A stretch of 64,000 nt of DNA from an uncultured archaeon. GTDB lineage: Archaea > Asgardarchaeota > Thorarchaeia > Thorarchaeales > Thorarchaeaceae. The DNA is taken from the NCBI GenBank assembly GCA_964558645.1, contig CAZLEV010000014.1, positions 8,773 to 72,772 of the forward strand, read 5' to 3'. This document shows positions 29,424 to 39,505 of this stretch, one piece after another. The position numbers and the translations under genes were made by a program. The notes under the pieces were generated by a model. The model saw only the letters and a program-made list of their open reading frames with translations, ran no database searches and was not told the DNA's origin. Numbering within the stretch: position 1 is the first letter of the stretch; each line of letters begins with the position of its first letter.

Positions 29424-32400
29424 CTATTCCTCATCGTCCTGAGTCTTCGACTCCAGGACTCGTCGCAGCTCCTCAGCGCTGAGTTGCATCAGCTCCTCTG
29501 TCGGAAACGCCTCTCGTATCTCATCAGGTAGCGTCTCGATGAGCTCCATCTTGAGCCGATCTTCTTCGGAAGGCTCTTCTTCGGCCACTGTTTCGACTTC
29601 TTCGACCTTATCTTCAGCCTCGTCCTCAGAGGATTCTAACTCAGGCTCGAGCTCGTCTTCGATCTCAGGTTCCGCATCAGCCTCCGCCTCCTCTTCCGGT
29701 TCAGCATCGGCCTCCGAGGTCTCTTCCAATTCAGGCTCCGCTTCTTCCTCCGGCTCGATATCTGCCTCCGCGTCACCCTCAGGTTCAAGATCTTCAGTTG
29801 GCTCTTCAACGCTTTCAACCTCCGGTTCTGGTTCAGCCTCGGCCTCTGCCTCAATCGAATCCATCTCTGCCTCAAGCTCAGCCTCGTAGTCTGCCATCTC
29901 GGCTTCAAGGTCATCAGCACCCTCCGCTCCAACCTCGTCCAAGGCGTCGAGTTCGCCCAAGAGATCTTCAGTATCTTCGTCGAGCATCTCCTCATAACCG
30001 AGGTCAGAAGTGACTTCAATACGAGGTGCCTGAATATCGAGGTCTGCAAGACCAGGAGCAAGAAGATCTGATACAACTGCACCCATGTCCTTGATACCCT
30101 CGACCTTGGCAGCCTTGTTGTCTGCAATCTTCTTGAGCGCAGCATTGATCTGCTTGATCTGATAGGGTACTCTCCATCGACGAACGGCAGTGACTACGCT
30201 TCCGACAACAATGAATCCACCCAACATCAACAAGAAGAGGAACAACTGTGACTGCGGGACAACTAGTGTTGTCACTACAAGTGGAATTGTGAACTGGGTC
30301 TCTATGACGCGGGCCTCAGCCGTGACTCCGATATGACTCTCATAGCCATCTGCAACAATACTGACTGTGATGGCGTAGGGATCACTGCTTATTTCTCCAA
30401 TCTGTAAGGGGGAGATCTCAATGTAGTAACGACCATCTTCAGCCACAGCAAAGTCATCCTTGGTGAACTCTGCCATTGGCGTTGTCAGCGTCAATGAGGT
30501 TACAGCAGAGAAGGGTACCTGCTGGTTCTTCGTGGTGTCAAAGTAGTTCACGTATATAGTTACAGAATCATCTATCTGTACCTGGATGTTTGGCACTGTC
30601 AGGCTCGTCGACGCCGAAATGTGCAAGGTGACCTGTGTAGTAGCTGTCGTGTAGTTGTCCAATGTGGCGGTGAAGTTCACCGTGAATATCCCAGGTATCA
30701 GAGAGGAATCCAGTGTCGTGGGATCGAGAACGAACCTGTAGGTTGCAGTGGAGGCATCCCAGGTTCCGGCCTGACCACCAGCGAAGTCTGAAATCATTTC
30801 ATCTGCTCTAAGGACTCGGCCAGCAAAGGTCATTCCTGAGCTGATGTTGTAGGTCAAGCGCACCGTGAAAGCAGGACCTCCGTAGATACCCTCGAAGGTG
30901 CTCTGACTCGGATACAGACCGGCTGTCACGGCCTCGACTGTGACTTCGACAGTCCAGCTACTGAAAGTGTAATTCTTGTTAGATGTGTGAACCACAATGA
31001 TGTACTCGCCCGCAGAGATCTGGCTTGAGTTGACTGTGGTGAGATATCCGCCGTTCCCAATACCGCTGAAAATCCCGGATACTGAGGTTCCTTGCCAAGT
31101 GTACATGACAGTCAGTCCGTTGATAGGGTTGTCCAACGAACCATAATCTTGATTCACGTTGACACGAAGGTCAAACTCCTCACCCCAGACCACCGAAATA
31201 GGAGTCGTCTGAGATACGTCCTTAGTAATGACCGCCGGAATCGGACGGACATAGAGGTCTGTCGAGTTTGTACCATCGACATAGTTGTCGAGAGTATACG
31301 AGAACTCAAATGAGTACTCCGTGCTCCCACTGAACCAGTCGTCAGTTTGGATGATCCAAGTGAATATGCCCGAACCGTTGTTACTGATCAGCTGAGTGTA
31401 ACCAGTGCCAGGTACTGTCAGGGTTATCGCTGCCGCTCCATCCACCAGCACGTTGTGTTCAGTGTCCCAGAGTCTAGCCACAAGCTGCAGTTCGTTACTC
31501 CAGTTGACCTCATCCACCTCATCGATTATAAGTGCAGTAGGTGCCTCCCGAATGAGAATGACAGCCGTTGTGAGTTCATGAGGTTCGAATCCGCTACGAG
31601 TCATGGTGATTCTCACAACGTAGACAGAGCCCTGAACAGCGGCCGTCATGCCCAGGTCCCGGGTATTCAGGCTGAATGTGTACCATCCATCACCACTGTT
31701 GACACCCGTGGTAACATTGGCTGAAATCCCAAGGACTGCGCAGGTGGCTGTGTCAATCTCAGTGATGGGGAGATTGTCAAGCGTATTGTTCCAGTAGAAC
31801 AATACGTCGAATGTATCGTCGTAGAACTGCTCGTAGTAGTCCTGGTCCAAGATTATCTCGTTGGGAGTTGAACTAATCACTACATAGATTGTGGACACTG
31901 TTGTGGTGCATCCTGCCTTTTCTGCGGTGAGTACGATTGTGTAGTAGTCATCAATGTAAGACAGGTCGTTTGGAAGCGCATTGTTTGCATTCAGAGTCAC
32001 GTAGTAGAGTCCTGATGCCCCCTCTGTCAGCGTTCCACTCTGATCAATCACCGACTCCATGTACCAGGAGTAGGTGATGCCAGCTCCATCCACAGGTGTA
32101 TCAGTTCTTGATTGGTCGAAGAGCGTGACGTTTATGTCGAACGTATGTGTCCAGTAGGTCTCCAGTGGACTCTCTGCGGAACCGAAGGACGTCTCAACCA
32201 ACAACGGAATGAGGATTGTGATATCAACCTGAACCTCTGCGTTCTCGTGATTGGCAAGGGAGAATTCGACGGAAACTGTGTAGGTATCCGACTGCGCTGA
32301 CGTGTCGAAGCCGAGCCTGTAGACACCAGAGCCCTGGTAACTCACCGACATCGGCTGTGTCCAGTTGCTTGTAACAGACGCACCGGACAGGCCAACAATC

Positions 32401-35400
32401 CCGCTGTCGCGGACGAATGAGAGGTCAAATACTCCTGTGTCCAACCAGTCTACAGTTATTGCGGATGAAGTTATGAGATCGAGAGTCGTTGGTGCAGGAC
32501 TGACATGTAGTAGCAGGGAGTCAGCTGCGGCTGTTTCGTAGTTAGACTTGGAACAGGTGACCCTCAAGAAGTAGTCTGCATTTGCATCTAACAGATCAGA
32601 GGGGAAGGTTGTTGTGTATGTTCCAAGCGTTGGACTAAGTGTCCGAGGGGTCATATTGTAAATCGACACCCAGCTGCTAGTGAACCATTGTAAGGTGACA
32701 GTAATCCCGGAGAGTTCTGGGTTGCTTGAGTTCAGGTCGTTAATGTAGTCGAAAGCAATTATTTCGCTTCCGGTGTCCCAGAAATAGCTACTTGCAATCA
32801 ACGAATCAACTCTCATCGGAACAGGGTCGATGGTGACATCTAGGACAACCGTCCTATTGACATAGTTCTGCTTCGATAGAGCAATCGTGACCGTATAGAA
32901 TCCCACCGGCAACCCGTGTAGAGCACTTGCTGGCAAGGTATAGAACTCACCAGCATCTACTAGACTACCCCAGCTCACGTTTGTGGCACCCAGTTTGACA
33001 AGGTATGTGTACCCATCCAAGTCTGCAAGATTCATACTACTCGGAATACTTGTGCTTAGCCAGAAGTCGTGCGCTTCATGTGTCTTGTAGTAATCGTCAA
33101 TGGCACTTGTACTCTTTCCCAGTGTGGTGGAAGTAGCCTTCACTGTTATGTAGAAGGTCAAGGGCGTCGGATCATCGACGCTATCGTCATGAGCAGAAAC
33201 AATCACGATATATGCCGTATCTGATACATTCATTTTCCAGAAAAGGGTGTCAATCTGGATGGTGAAGTTGAGTCCACCGGTCTGGTCGTAGACATGGTTG
33301 GAGCCACTCCAGTTCCAAGTTCCACTACCTATTGGATTTCCTGAGAAGTATATTGTGAAGTTCACCCAGGATGACGAGTCGAACAATATTAGCTTGTCTT
33401 CTGGTGAACCAACACTCCCATCTCTATCGTAGAATCCAACTGTGAAGTTCACATGCTGGCCATAGAATGGGCTTGCGAAGTATGCAGTTGAGTTAAGCTC
33501 CGAATAGAGATCATCATATAAATCAGTGGGAAGAGTGATGACGTTCACATACGTCCAATTGTAGTCACATCGCACGACAATCGCGGATGTAGTAGTTTCA
33601 CCGGACTTGATGACTACTGTATAGCTCACAGACTGCGGAGAAGACATGTTTCCATGAATATTGTAGAACACCGCATATCCTGTGGAGTTCGTTGAGCCTT
33701 GAGCAACAACCCCTATTCCTACGAGTGTTACATTGACTTGAGCCCCTTGTACAGGAGATGTGTCACTTATCTGAGCCTTGACATTGAGCCGCGTAATTGC
33801 GAGGCCAACTGTCTGAGAATGTTCTCCTTGAATGTCCAACATCTCGATTGAGTTGTTGTACGCGATTGGCGTGTCGGAGTAGTCATCATGTTTCTCCACC
33901 CGGGCATACCAAGAGCCATTAACAACACGGTGGAAGTTGTATTTGCCATCAGCGTTTGTCTTTCGGGTCAAGTCATACTCGGGACCGGCAGTATTGTTGA
34001 TAGTTACATATGCGTTCTGGACTGGTTGGTCGTCCCAGCTTACAACATCTAGCCGGATTGTGACTAGTGGCATAGTCCACGAGTGCTGGAACGGGGACGA
34101 ACTGAACTCATCTGATGCAATGGACCAGCTACCAAAGTCCGCAATTTGTTCGTATGTATACGATGATACGTTGCCATTGTAGCTAGCGAAGACAGTGTAA
34201 TCATCCTGAGGAATACGATAGAAGTTCGCCCAGCCACTTGAGTTTGTGGACACCTGAGCAGAGTAGACGCCGGAATCGGACTCATTTGACATCCGCAGCG
34301 TTGTGGTTTCGTCTGGCGTCTGAGCCATTGCATCACCCATGAGATCCTTCATGTAGATGGAGAAGCTACCCATAGGAAGTGTAACAGTGACGGGTGTCAC
34401 CGGCCCGGTGATGCTTTCTGTCGGACTTGCCTGAACCCAGAGTTCAGCATAGGATGTGGTGAGCCAACTCTTTGCATCGATTTCTGTGCGAATCGTGTAG
34501 TCCCCGTCACTGAGACCCTCAAAGACAACGAGACCATTGCTGTCAGTTGTTCCTGTTCGATTCAGACCGTTGTCATCCACCCAGAGGGTTCCATCGCTTG
34601 CGTTATAGAGGGTTACCGTTGCTCCCTCGACTGGGAAACCATCAAGGTCCTCTACAGTTACGTCGAACTCGAAGAGGTGGATTTCATCGCTGATGGATAT
34701 GGCAAGGGCGTTCTCATCGGCATCATTGTTGAAGGTCGGAACCATCCATCCATATCCAGTGTCTCCTGTCGGGTTGTATGGTGAAGAGGTCGAGAATTTG
34801 CCAACCAGCACTACTGAGACTGATGCATTTGAGTTGATGTGGTAAAGGGTAGCGGATGAAGATAGGGGGCGAAAAGCGGCCGCCCCGCCTGCGGGAATAC
34901 TCAACGTTCCGCTGTTGTAGCCGCTGACCTCGACTCGGGCGTTCTCTGTGGCCACAATCATGAACTTCCATCCGTTGTTGCCCCACATCTTGAAGCTCGA
35001 TCCGTATCGATCGCCTGACAAGGAGGGAACCCAATCGCCTGCGTCTCCAGGAGTGTCAGGCCTGTATACTCCATAGACCATCAGATTAGCTCCTGACTCT
35101 CCCTTGATATGGAGAATGTCTTCTTGGTCACCAGAACCGGCCGAACCACGTGGGATATCGACTGAACTATTGGCGCCGATCCGTTCCGTAGTCTTGGATC
35201 CCCATCCCGAACCGGCATTGCGCCAGTAATCAACGTCTACGGCTGAATCGCCCAGATTCGTAACGCGTGTGTAATCGTAGGAGTGCCCCATGTCTATGGT
35301 GTAGAATTCCTCGCCGCTCAGCTTGCCATCAATTGCGGGGTATAGACCCAGGATGTCACGGGCATATGAGCTGTCGGAGTCTCCAAACCGGGCCGATACA

Positions 35401-36509
35401 GGCTTCGTCGCATTGACATAGAGGTAGACTGTATAGACAACATCACGACGCGAGATATATTCGCCTGCAGAGAGCTTTGCGGGCCATCCAGCGAGGCTCG
35501 AACCATTGTGAAACTGCCAGTTGCTTGCTGTTTCTGCACTGCCATCGGAAGTCCAAACGTAGACCTCTGTGTCATCAGTCTGAGCCTGAATCCAGTACTT
35601 GCCCTCATTCTTGTCTTCGAATCCCTCGACACCACCGAGAATGAACTCGGTATCGGTTCCAGTGCCTATCTGGCTTACTGCTGGGAACCAGTCGTTGATG
35701 GCAGGGTTCGACCCCTTGTCGCCTTGACCCACGCTGACAGCAAGTGGATAGTTGGAATACACGGCATAGAAGCCATGCCAGTTTGTGTAGCTGTAGGAGT
35801 TAGGCTCATAGCGTACGTTTTGCATGCGATTCAGGGTTCCATTTGGTACGTTATCAGGAGTCATTGTGTCGGCACTCCAAACAGAATCCACATCTCGGGG
35901 GTCTTTCCATGCTTGATCGGAGCTATCCCACATCTCCACGTAGTAGTTATTCTCATCGTAGAAAGACACCAAGTTCAGAAGAGAGAACGTGTACGACTTG
36001 TAGACGAACGGGTAGAAATCAGGATAGCTGACCGACCCGACATCCTCTTTCGCATAGTAGAGATAGTAGTTCGTTTCTATGTCATTTTGACTCACATTCA
36101 CCATGAAACTGATAGTGGTAGAGAGGACGAAGTCCCCATCGTATGTCGTATTCCAAGTCTGGAATGGTAGGTCAGTCCAGCCAGGACTGTTGTAGTATTC
36201 AACTCTGATTGAGTCACGATAGCAATGTCCTGATGTGAATGTGAGATAGAGATGAACAGGAACTAGCGTCCTATCTGAAACATCAGGTTCGGTGAAATTG
36301 AGGTACCTTCTGTAGATGAAGGACGAATTCCACCACTCTGCTTGGTCCTGAGCACCGGCGAGTTCGGACTGATTCGCGTAAGGCTGCATGAAATCGTTGT
36401 CAACAAGGGGATCCAGGTTGATATCATGGGTGTTCGGAGAGCCAACAATCATGGGGAGTATCATGATTATTCCAAAGGCAAGTAGTAGGGCAAGACGATT
36501 TCTCTTCAC
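29424..36509 (-). CDS. Giant (2361 aa) type-I membrane surface protein with Ig-like/prealbumin-fold repeats and acidic cytoplasmic tail
   Basis: Signal peptide; DUF2341-like WWNSSFIYRR; V.D.DG.PV.GA.VT repeats; many G.Y.I.....NY Ig-like units; many NxS/T sequons; single TM LFLFLLMLGGFIVVGSVVTAV; E/D-rich tail. Confidence 0.9.
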   Translation of the reverse strand: MKRNRLALLLAFGIIMILPMIVGSPNTHDINLDPLVDNDFMQPYANQSELAGAQDQAEWWNSSFIYRRYLNFTEPDVSDRTLVPVHLYLTFTSGHCYRDSIRVEYYNSPGWTDLPFQTWNTTYDGDFVLSTTISFMVNVSQNDIETNYYLYYAKEDVGSVSYPDFYPFVYKSYTFSLLNLVSFYDENNYYVEMWDSSDQAWKDPRDVDSVWSADTMTPDNVPNGTLNRMQNVRYEPNSYSYTNWHGFYAVYSNYPLAVSVGQGDKGSNPAINDWFPAVSQIGTGTDTEFILGGVEGFEDKNEGKYWIQAQTDDTEVYVWTSDGSAETASNWQFHNGSSLAGWPAKLSAGEYISRRDVVYTVYLYVNATKPVSARFGDSDSSYARDILGLYPAIDGKLSGEEFYTIDMGHSYDYTRVTNLGDSAVDVDYWRNAGSGWGSKTTERIGANSSVDIPRGSAGSGDQEDILHIKGESGANLMVYGVYRPDTPGDAGDWVPSLSGDRYGSSFKMWGNNGWKFMIVATENARVEVSGYNSGTLSIPAGGAAAFRPLSSSATLYHINSNASVSVVLVGKFSTSSPYNPTGDTGYGWMVPTFNNDADENALAISISDEIHLFEFDVTVEDLDGFPVEGATVTLYNASDGTLWVDDNGLNRTGTTDSNGLVVFEGLSDGDYTIRTEIDAKSWLTTSYAELWVQASPTESITGPVTPVTVTLPMGSFSIYMKDLMGDAMAQTPDETTTLRMSNESDSGVYSAQVSTNSSGWANFYRIPQDDYTVFASYNGNVSSYTYEQIADFGSWSIASDEFSSSPFQHSWTMPLVTIRLDVVSWDDQPVQNAYVTINNTAGPEYDLTRKTNADGKYNFHRVVNGSWYARVEKHDDYSDTPIAYNNSIEMLDIQGEHSQTVGLAITRLNVKAQISDTSPVQGAQVNVTLVGIGVVAQGSTNSTGYAVFYNIHGNMSSPQSVSYTVVIKSGETTTSAIVVRCDYNWTYVNVITLPTDLYDDLYSELNSTAYFASPFYGQHVNFTVGFYDRDGSVGSPEDKLILFDSSSWVNFTIYFSGNPIGSGTWNWSGSNHVYDQTGGLNFTIQIDTLFWKMNVSDTAYIVIVSAHDDSVDDPTPLTFYITVKATSTTLGKSTSAIDDYYKTHEAHDFWLSTSIPSSMNLADLDGYTYLVKLGATNVSWGSLVDAGEFYTLPASALHGLPVGFYTVTIALSKQNYVNRTVVLDVTIDPVPMRVDSLIASSYFWDTGSEIIAFDYINDLNSSNPELSGITVTLQWFTSSWVSIYNMTPRTLSPTLGTYTTTFPSDLLDANADYFLRVTCSKSNYETAAADSLLLHVSPAPTTLDLITSSAITVDWLDTGVFDLSFVRDSGIVGLSGASVTSNWTQPMSVSYQGSGVYRLGFDTSAQSDTYTVSVEFSLANHENAEVQVDITILIPLLVETSFGSAESPLETYWTHTFDINVTLFDQSRTDTPVDGAGITYSWYMESVIDQSGTLTEGASGLYYVTLNANNALPNDLSYIDDYYTIVLTAEKAGCTTTVSTIYVVISSTPNEIILDQDYYEQFYDDTFDVLFYWNNTLDNLPITEIDTATCAVLGISANVTTGVNSGDGWYTFSLNTRDLGMTAAVQGSVYVVRITMTRSGFEPHELTTAVILIREAPTALIIDEVDEVNWSNELQLVARLWDTEHNVLVDGAAAITLTVPGTGYTQLISNNGSGIFTWIIQTDDWFSGSTEYSFEFSYTLDNYVDGTNSTDLYVRPIPAVITKDVSQTTPISVVWGEEFDLRVNVNQDYGSLDNPINGLTVMYTWQGTSVSGIFSGIGNGGYLTTVNSSQISAGEYIIVVHTSNKNYTFSSWTVEVTVEAVTAGLYPSQSTFEGIYGGPAFTVRLTYNISSGMTFAGRVLRADEMISDFAGGQAGTWDASTATYRFVLDPTTLDSSLIPGIFTVNFTATLDNYTTATTQVTLHISASTSLTVPNIQVQIDDSVTIYVNYFDTTKNQQVPFSAVTSLTLTTPMAEFTKDDFAVAEDGRYYIEISPLQIGEISSDPYAITVSIVADGYESHIGVTAEARVIETQFTIPLVVTTLVVPQSQLFLFLLMLGGFIVVGSVVTAVRRWRVPYQIKQINAALKKIADNKAAKVEGIKDMGAVVSDLLAPGLADLDIQAPRIEVTSDLGYEEMLDEDTEDLLGELDALDEVGAEGADDLEAEMADYEAELEAEMDSIEAEAEAEPEPEVESVEEPTEDLEPEGDAEADIEPEEEAEPELEETSEADAEPEEEAEADAEPEIEDELEPELESSEDEAEDKVEEVETVAEEEPSEEDRLKMELIETLPDEIREAFPTEELMQLSAEELRRVLESKTQDDEE
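29540..29960 (-). repeat. Coding low-complexity acidic repeat (EAEPE/EADAEPE)
   Basis: Degenerate repeats in the cytoplasmic tail of the giant protein; limits approximate. Confidence 0.6.
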
Positions 36510-37676
36510 TTACTGCACCTCCATTGCTGCAGCCACATTGCTTGGGTGGAATTTCTTCAACACCTCAAGATAGTGCTTGGCCTGTCGGCTCGGTATCTCC
36601 TCACCGTTGTAAAGATCAACAGTTCTCTGGATAAGCCATTCAGGATATACGGTCATGACCTCGGGATTTGATTTGAGAAGAATGTGTTCTCTGCCCTCTT
36701 CATCGTTGATGCGCGTGACAATGTTGCCCTTTTCCAGCTTCTTCACTTGCTTTCTTAGCTGTGACTTGGTCACATCAAGGAGACTTGGCAAGTGTTCTGT
36801 CTGCTGTGGGCCTTCTCGTAGAATCTCAATTATGTCATATGCATCGAAGTCCAAGAGATACTTGGTGAGCTCTTGAGCGTCTTCCCATAGCGAATCGGTG
36901 AGGTCCTTTCGAAGCCGGCCAACGTAGTTCTTGTGATATCTCTTCGCAGAGTCAAGGTACTGCTCTGCAACTCCTGTAGGCAGCTGACCCGTCTTCACAG
37001 CGCGGATAGTGTCCTGTGATATGGTTCGCAGCAGAAAAAGTGCACGCGTAAGATAGATGACTTCGGTGGAGAACCCTTCAACCCATCCAGTTGCGATGAT
37101 TCCCATCTTCACCAGCGGTCTAAGAACCATGTCTACATCAATCTTCTTTCCGACCTCTTCGAAGATTATCTGCTCTAAATCAGATGACTCGATGGTTCCG
37201 TTCTTCATCAGCGTCTGTAGAATAGACCTTCTTACGGGATCGCTGAGAACAGATGCCTGCCTCTGTTCGGGGGTCATCTGGGTGTATCGTGCCATCTGCC
37301 CGTATAGTTTCGGAACAAGCTTCTGATATGCATCATCATCTGCGTTCAAAAAGATCTGGGTGGCAATCTCGGGCAGTGCATCCTTGTACACATCAGCATC
37401 CTCTTCGGGGCCGAGTACCAAGAACACCATCGAAGGTTTTCCTTTTAGATGCATGTTCAATCCGCCGTAGTATACTGCCAGTTTGAACTCATCAAAAGCC
37501 AACGATGTAAAACCGGGCTTCTGAGACTCTTCAGTCTCCCCCAGTGTTGCTATGCCATAGACGCGCATGCTTGTCGTCGGATCAAGCCCTAATTGTAGAC
37601 TCTTCGGTGTCTTAGAAGTCACAACGGGCCCGAGCTCATCATCCCATTTCAATACAGCCAATCCTTCGGGCACCAA
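36510..37676 (-). CDS. uDENN/longin domain plus two winged-helix domains (NPRL2/3-like architecture)
   Basis: LAVLKWDDELGP resembles the F/WDxxxGP start of uDENN/NPR2 longins; wHTH-like DPVRRSILQTL...LVKMGII and IIEILREGP...LEKGNIV. Confidence 0.7.
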   Translation of the reverse strand: MVPEGLAVLKWDDELGPVVTSKTPKSLQLGLDPTTSMRVYGIATLGETEESQKPGFTSLAFDEFKLAVYYGGLNMHLKGKPSMVFLVLGPEEDADVYKDALPEIATQIFLNADDDAYQKLVPKLYGQMARYTQMTPEQRQASVLSDPVRRSILQTLMKNGTIESSDLEQIIFEEVGKKIDVDMVLRPLVKMGIIATGWVEGFSTEVIYLTRALFLLRTISQDTIRAVKTGQLPTGVAEQYLDSAKRYHKNYVGRLRKDLTDSLWEDAQELTKYLLDFDAYDIIEILREGPQQTEHLPSLLDVTKSQLRKQVKKLEKGNIVTRINDEEGREHILLKSNPEVMTVYPEWLIQRTVDLYNGEEIPSRQAKHYLEVLKKFHPSNVAAAMEVQ

Positions 37677-37973
37677 CTATTGTCTCCTTGCTTTGTAGCC
37701 CAGATACAGGCATTGTGGTTGTCCTAAGGTTTCGTTGTGCAATGTCTGGCCCCACTGCGCATGTTCGGACATTTCACCAAACCTAAGAGTATCTGGACAT
37801 ATTACAACGTAGACACTTCCAGTATCTAATAAGAGAATCTTGGATATCCTACTCGCCGAGGAGTCATCTTGAGAAGAACGCAGCCCGTTTCAAGAGAGAA
37901 GGCATGTCAATCACCAGATCAAACGATGGCGAGGGGAGAATGAAGGATATGACCCAGAATCGAAAAAGAGAGA

Positions 37974-37994
37974 ACATGGGCCCGGGGCCCATGT
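37974..37994 (-). terminator. Putative terminator hairpin
   Basis: ACATGGGCC-CGG-GGCCCATGT just after the 38000 stop, followed on the minus strand by TCTCTCTTTTT. Confidence 0.6.
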
Positions 37995-37999
37995 GTAGT

Positions 38000-38947
38000 C
38001 TACCACCAGTCAGCCTCTTCTTCCTTTGCCCGGGATTCGAGATCTCGATATAGAACAGTCTGGAAGATGAAGTTCAGAGGGCTGAGTAGCAGAGATACAA
38101 TGAGACTTCCTACGAGAGCCAGTGCGGGACTGACGAAAGCCACTGCCTCCACTATCACTAGGAGTACAAGGCTAACCACAAAAACAGCAATCGCCATGAT
38201 GATCACTCCTCCCAGCGTGTGCCAAAAGGCACCTCCTGTAATCTGATAGGCCCTCTTGATGGCTCCGAAGGCAGATTGTTCCTCTTCAGCCACGACAACT
38301 GCGATTGTCGGAATAAGCCTGACCACGAGAAAGAGGGTGACCAACGCACCAACAAGCAAGACCACTCCGCCCAAGGCGATGGAATTCCAAGTTGACGGAT
38401 CCGCGGGGTCGAAAGCAAGAGCACTGAGTAGCATTATGCCAAGACCAGGGAGGATCGGTATTGCAAGAATCAGACCCTGAAGAAACGATGCGGCAATCAG
38501 TGTGATTGCTCTGCTTACACCGTATGACAACGCGGATCTGACGTCTCCTGCGCCGGGATTACCATAGTCTTGGAGAGCGAACTTGATTGCACCGCCTCCC
38601 ACTACAGCGCCGACCAAGATACTGACAAGTGAGAGCGCTACTATAACTACGAGCAGCACGATGTCTGTTAGACCAGTAAGACTGAAAATCGAAACCAGCA
38701 GACCCAGAGGGTCCGAGAACACTAGTTCCAACAGATTGAATGCAGCTGCACCGTAGAGCGCATAGAGGACTACGAACGAAACTGCACTCATCACAACAGA
38801 CACAATACCCACAATGAGTACGTAGCTTACGAGCCTTCTCATCCAAAGGCTGAATGTGCGCGACACCAGACCTGCTACTCCGACCGAGTAATCTCGCCCA
38901 GAGGGTTGCTCAGGTGCCGGACCAGAATCATTTCCTATTTCTACCAA
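38000..38947 (-). CDS. Multi-pass membrane protein (GDPD membrane-domain-like)
   Basis: About 6 TM helices; AIKRAYQITGGAFW and VLYRDL motifs. Confidence 0.8.
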   Translation of the reverse strand: MVEIGNDSGPAPEQPSGRDYSVGVAGLVSRTFSLWMRRLVSYVLIVGIVSVVMSAVSFVVLYALYGAAAFNLLELVFSDPLGLLVSIFSLTGLTDIVLLVVIVALSLVSILVGAVVGGGAIKFALQDYGNPGAGDVRSALSYGVSRAITLIAASFLQGLILAIPILPGLGIMLLSALAFDPADPSTWNSIALGGVVLLVGALVTLFLVVRLIPTIAVVVAEEEQSAFGAIKRAYQITGGAFWHTLGGVIIMAIAVFVVSLVLLVIVEAVAFVSPALALVGSLIVSLLLSPLNFIFQTVLYRDLESRAKEEEADWW

Positions 38948-39105
38948 TCAACTACCTCCATATACCGATGCTTGTTCATGTATGACTTGGCTTATAGAAC
39001 TTGCCAAAGATTGTCAGCACCCATTGCAATCTGTCTTGCATCGAACATAGGACAATGCTAATCAGTGGAAACCTCGTATGAAGGATTACAACATCTTTCT
39101 GTGAG

Positions 39106-39474
39106 TTGTCCACAACGAGGAAAAAAAGGAACAGACGTGGTAGAGGGAAACATTCACCACGCGGATATTTGCAGCACAATTGGAGACCAAGGGAAACACA
39201 CAGTCCGAGTGTGTTTTATCTTAGTGCAGAGAGGATAAGGACTCAGAGAATACCTGATAGCAATCTCACGTCCCAGCAGCGTAGATTCTCGGGGGCCAAG
39301 CCGGTAGGGGTCGACCCGGTACTCTGTGTCGGATGTGGAGCTTGTATCGATGCTTGTCCACAAGGCGCGATAGATGTCACAGGACGAAAAGCCCATGTTG
39401 ATCCGTACAGGTGCTCTGGCTGCGGCTCATGCACGCAGGTCTGCCCTCAAGGAGCCATCGGATGGGCGAGGTAG
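39106..39474 (+). CDS. 2[4Fe-4S] ferredoxin-domain protein (start uncertain)
   Basis: CVGCGACIDACP and CSGCGSCTQVCP. Confidence 0.8.
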   Translation: MSTTRKKRNRRGRGKHSPRGYLQHNWRPRETHSPSVFYLSAERIRTQRIPDSNLTSQQRRFSGAKPVGVDPVLCVGCGACIDACPQGAIDVTGRKAHVDPYRCSGCGSCTQVCPQGAIGWAR

Positions 39475-39505
39475 AAACCACGCAGGGCATATCCGATACA
39501 TGAGC

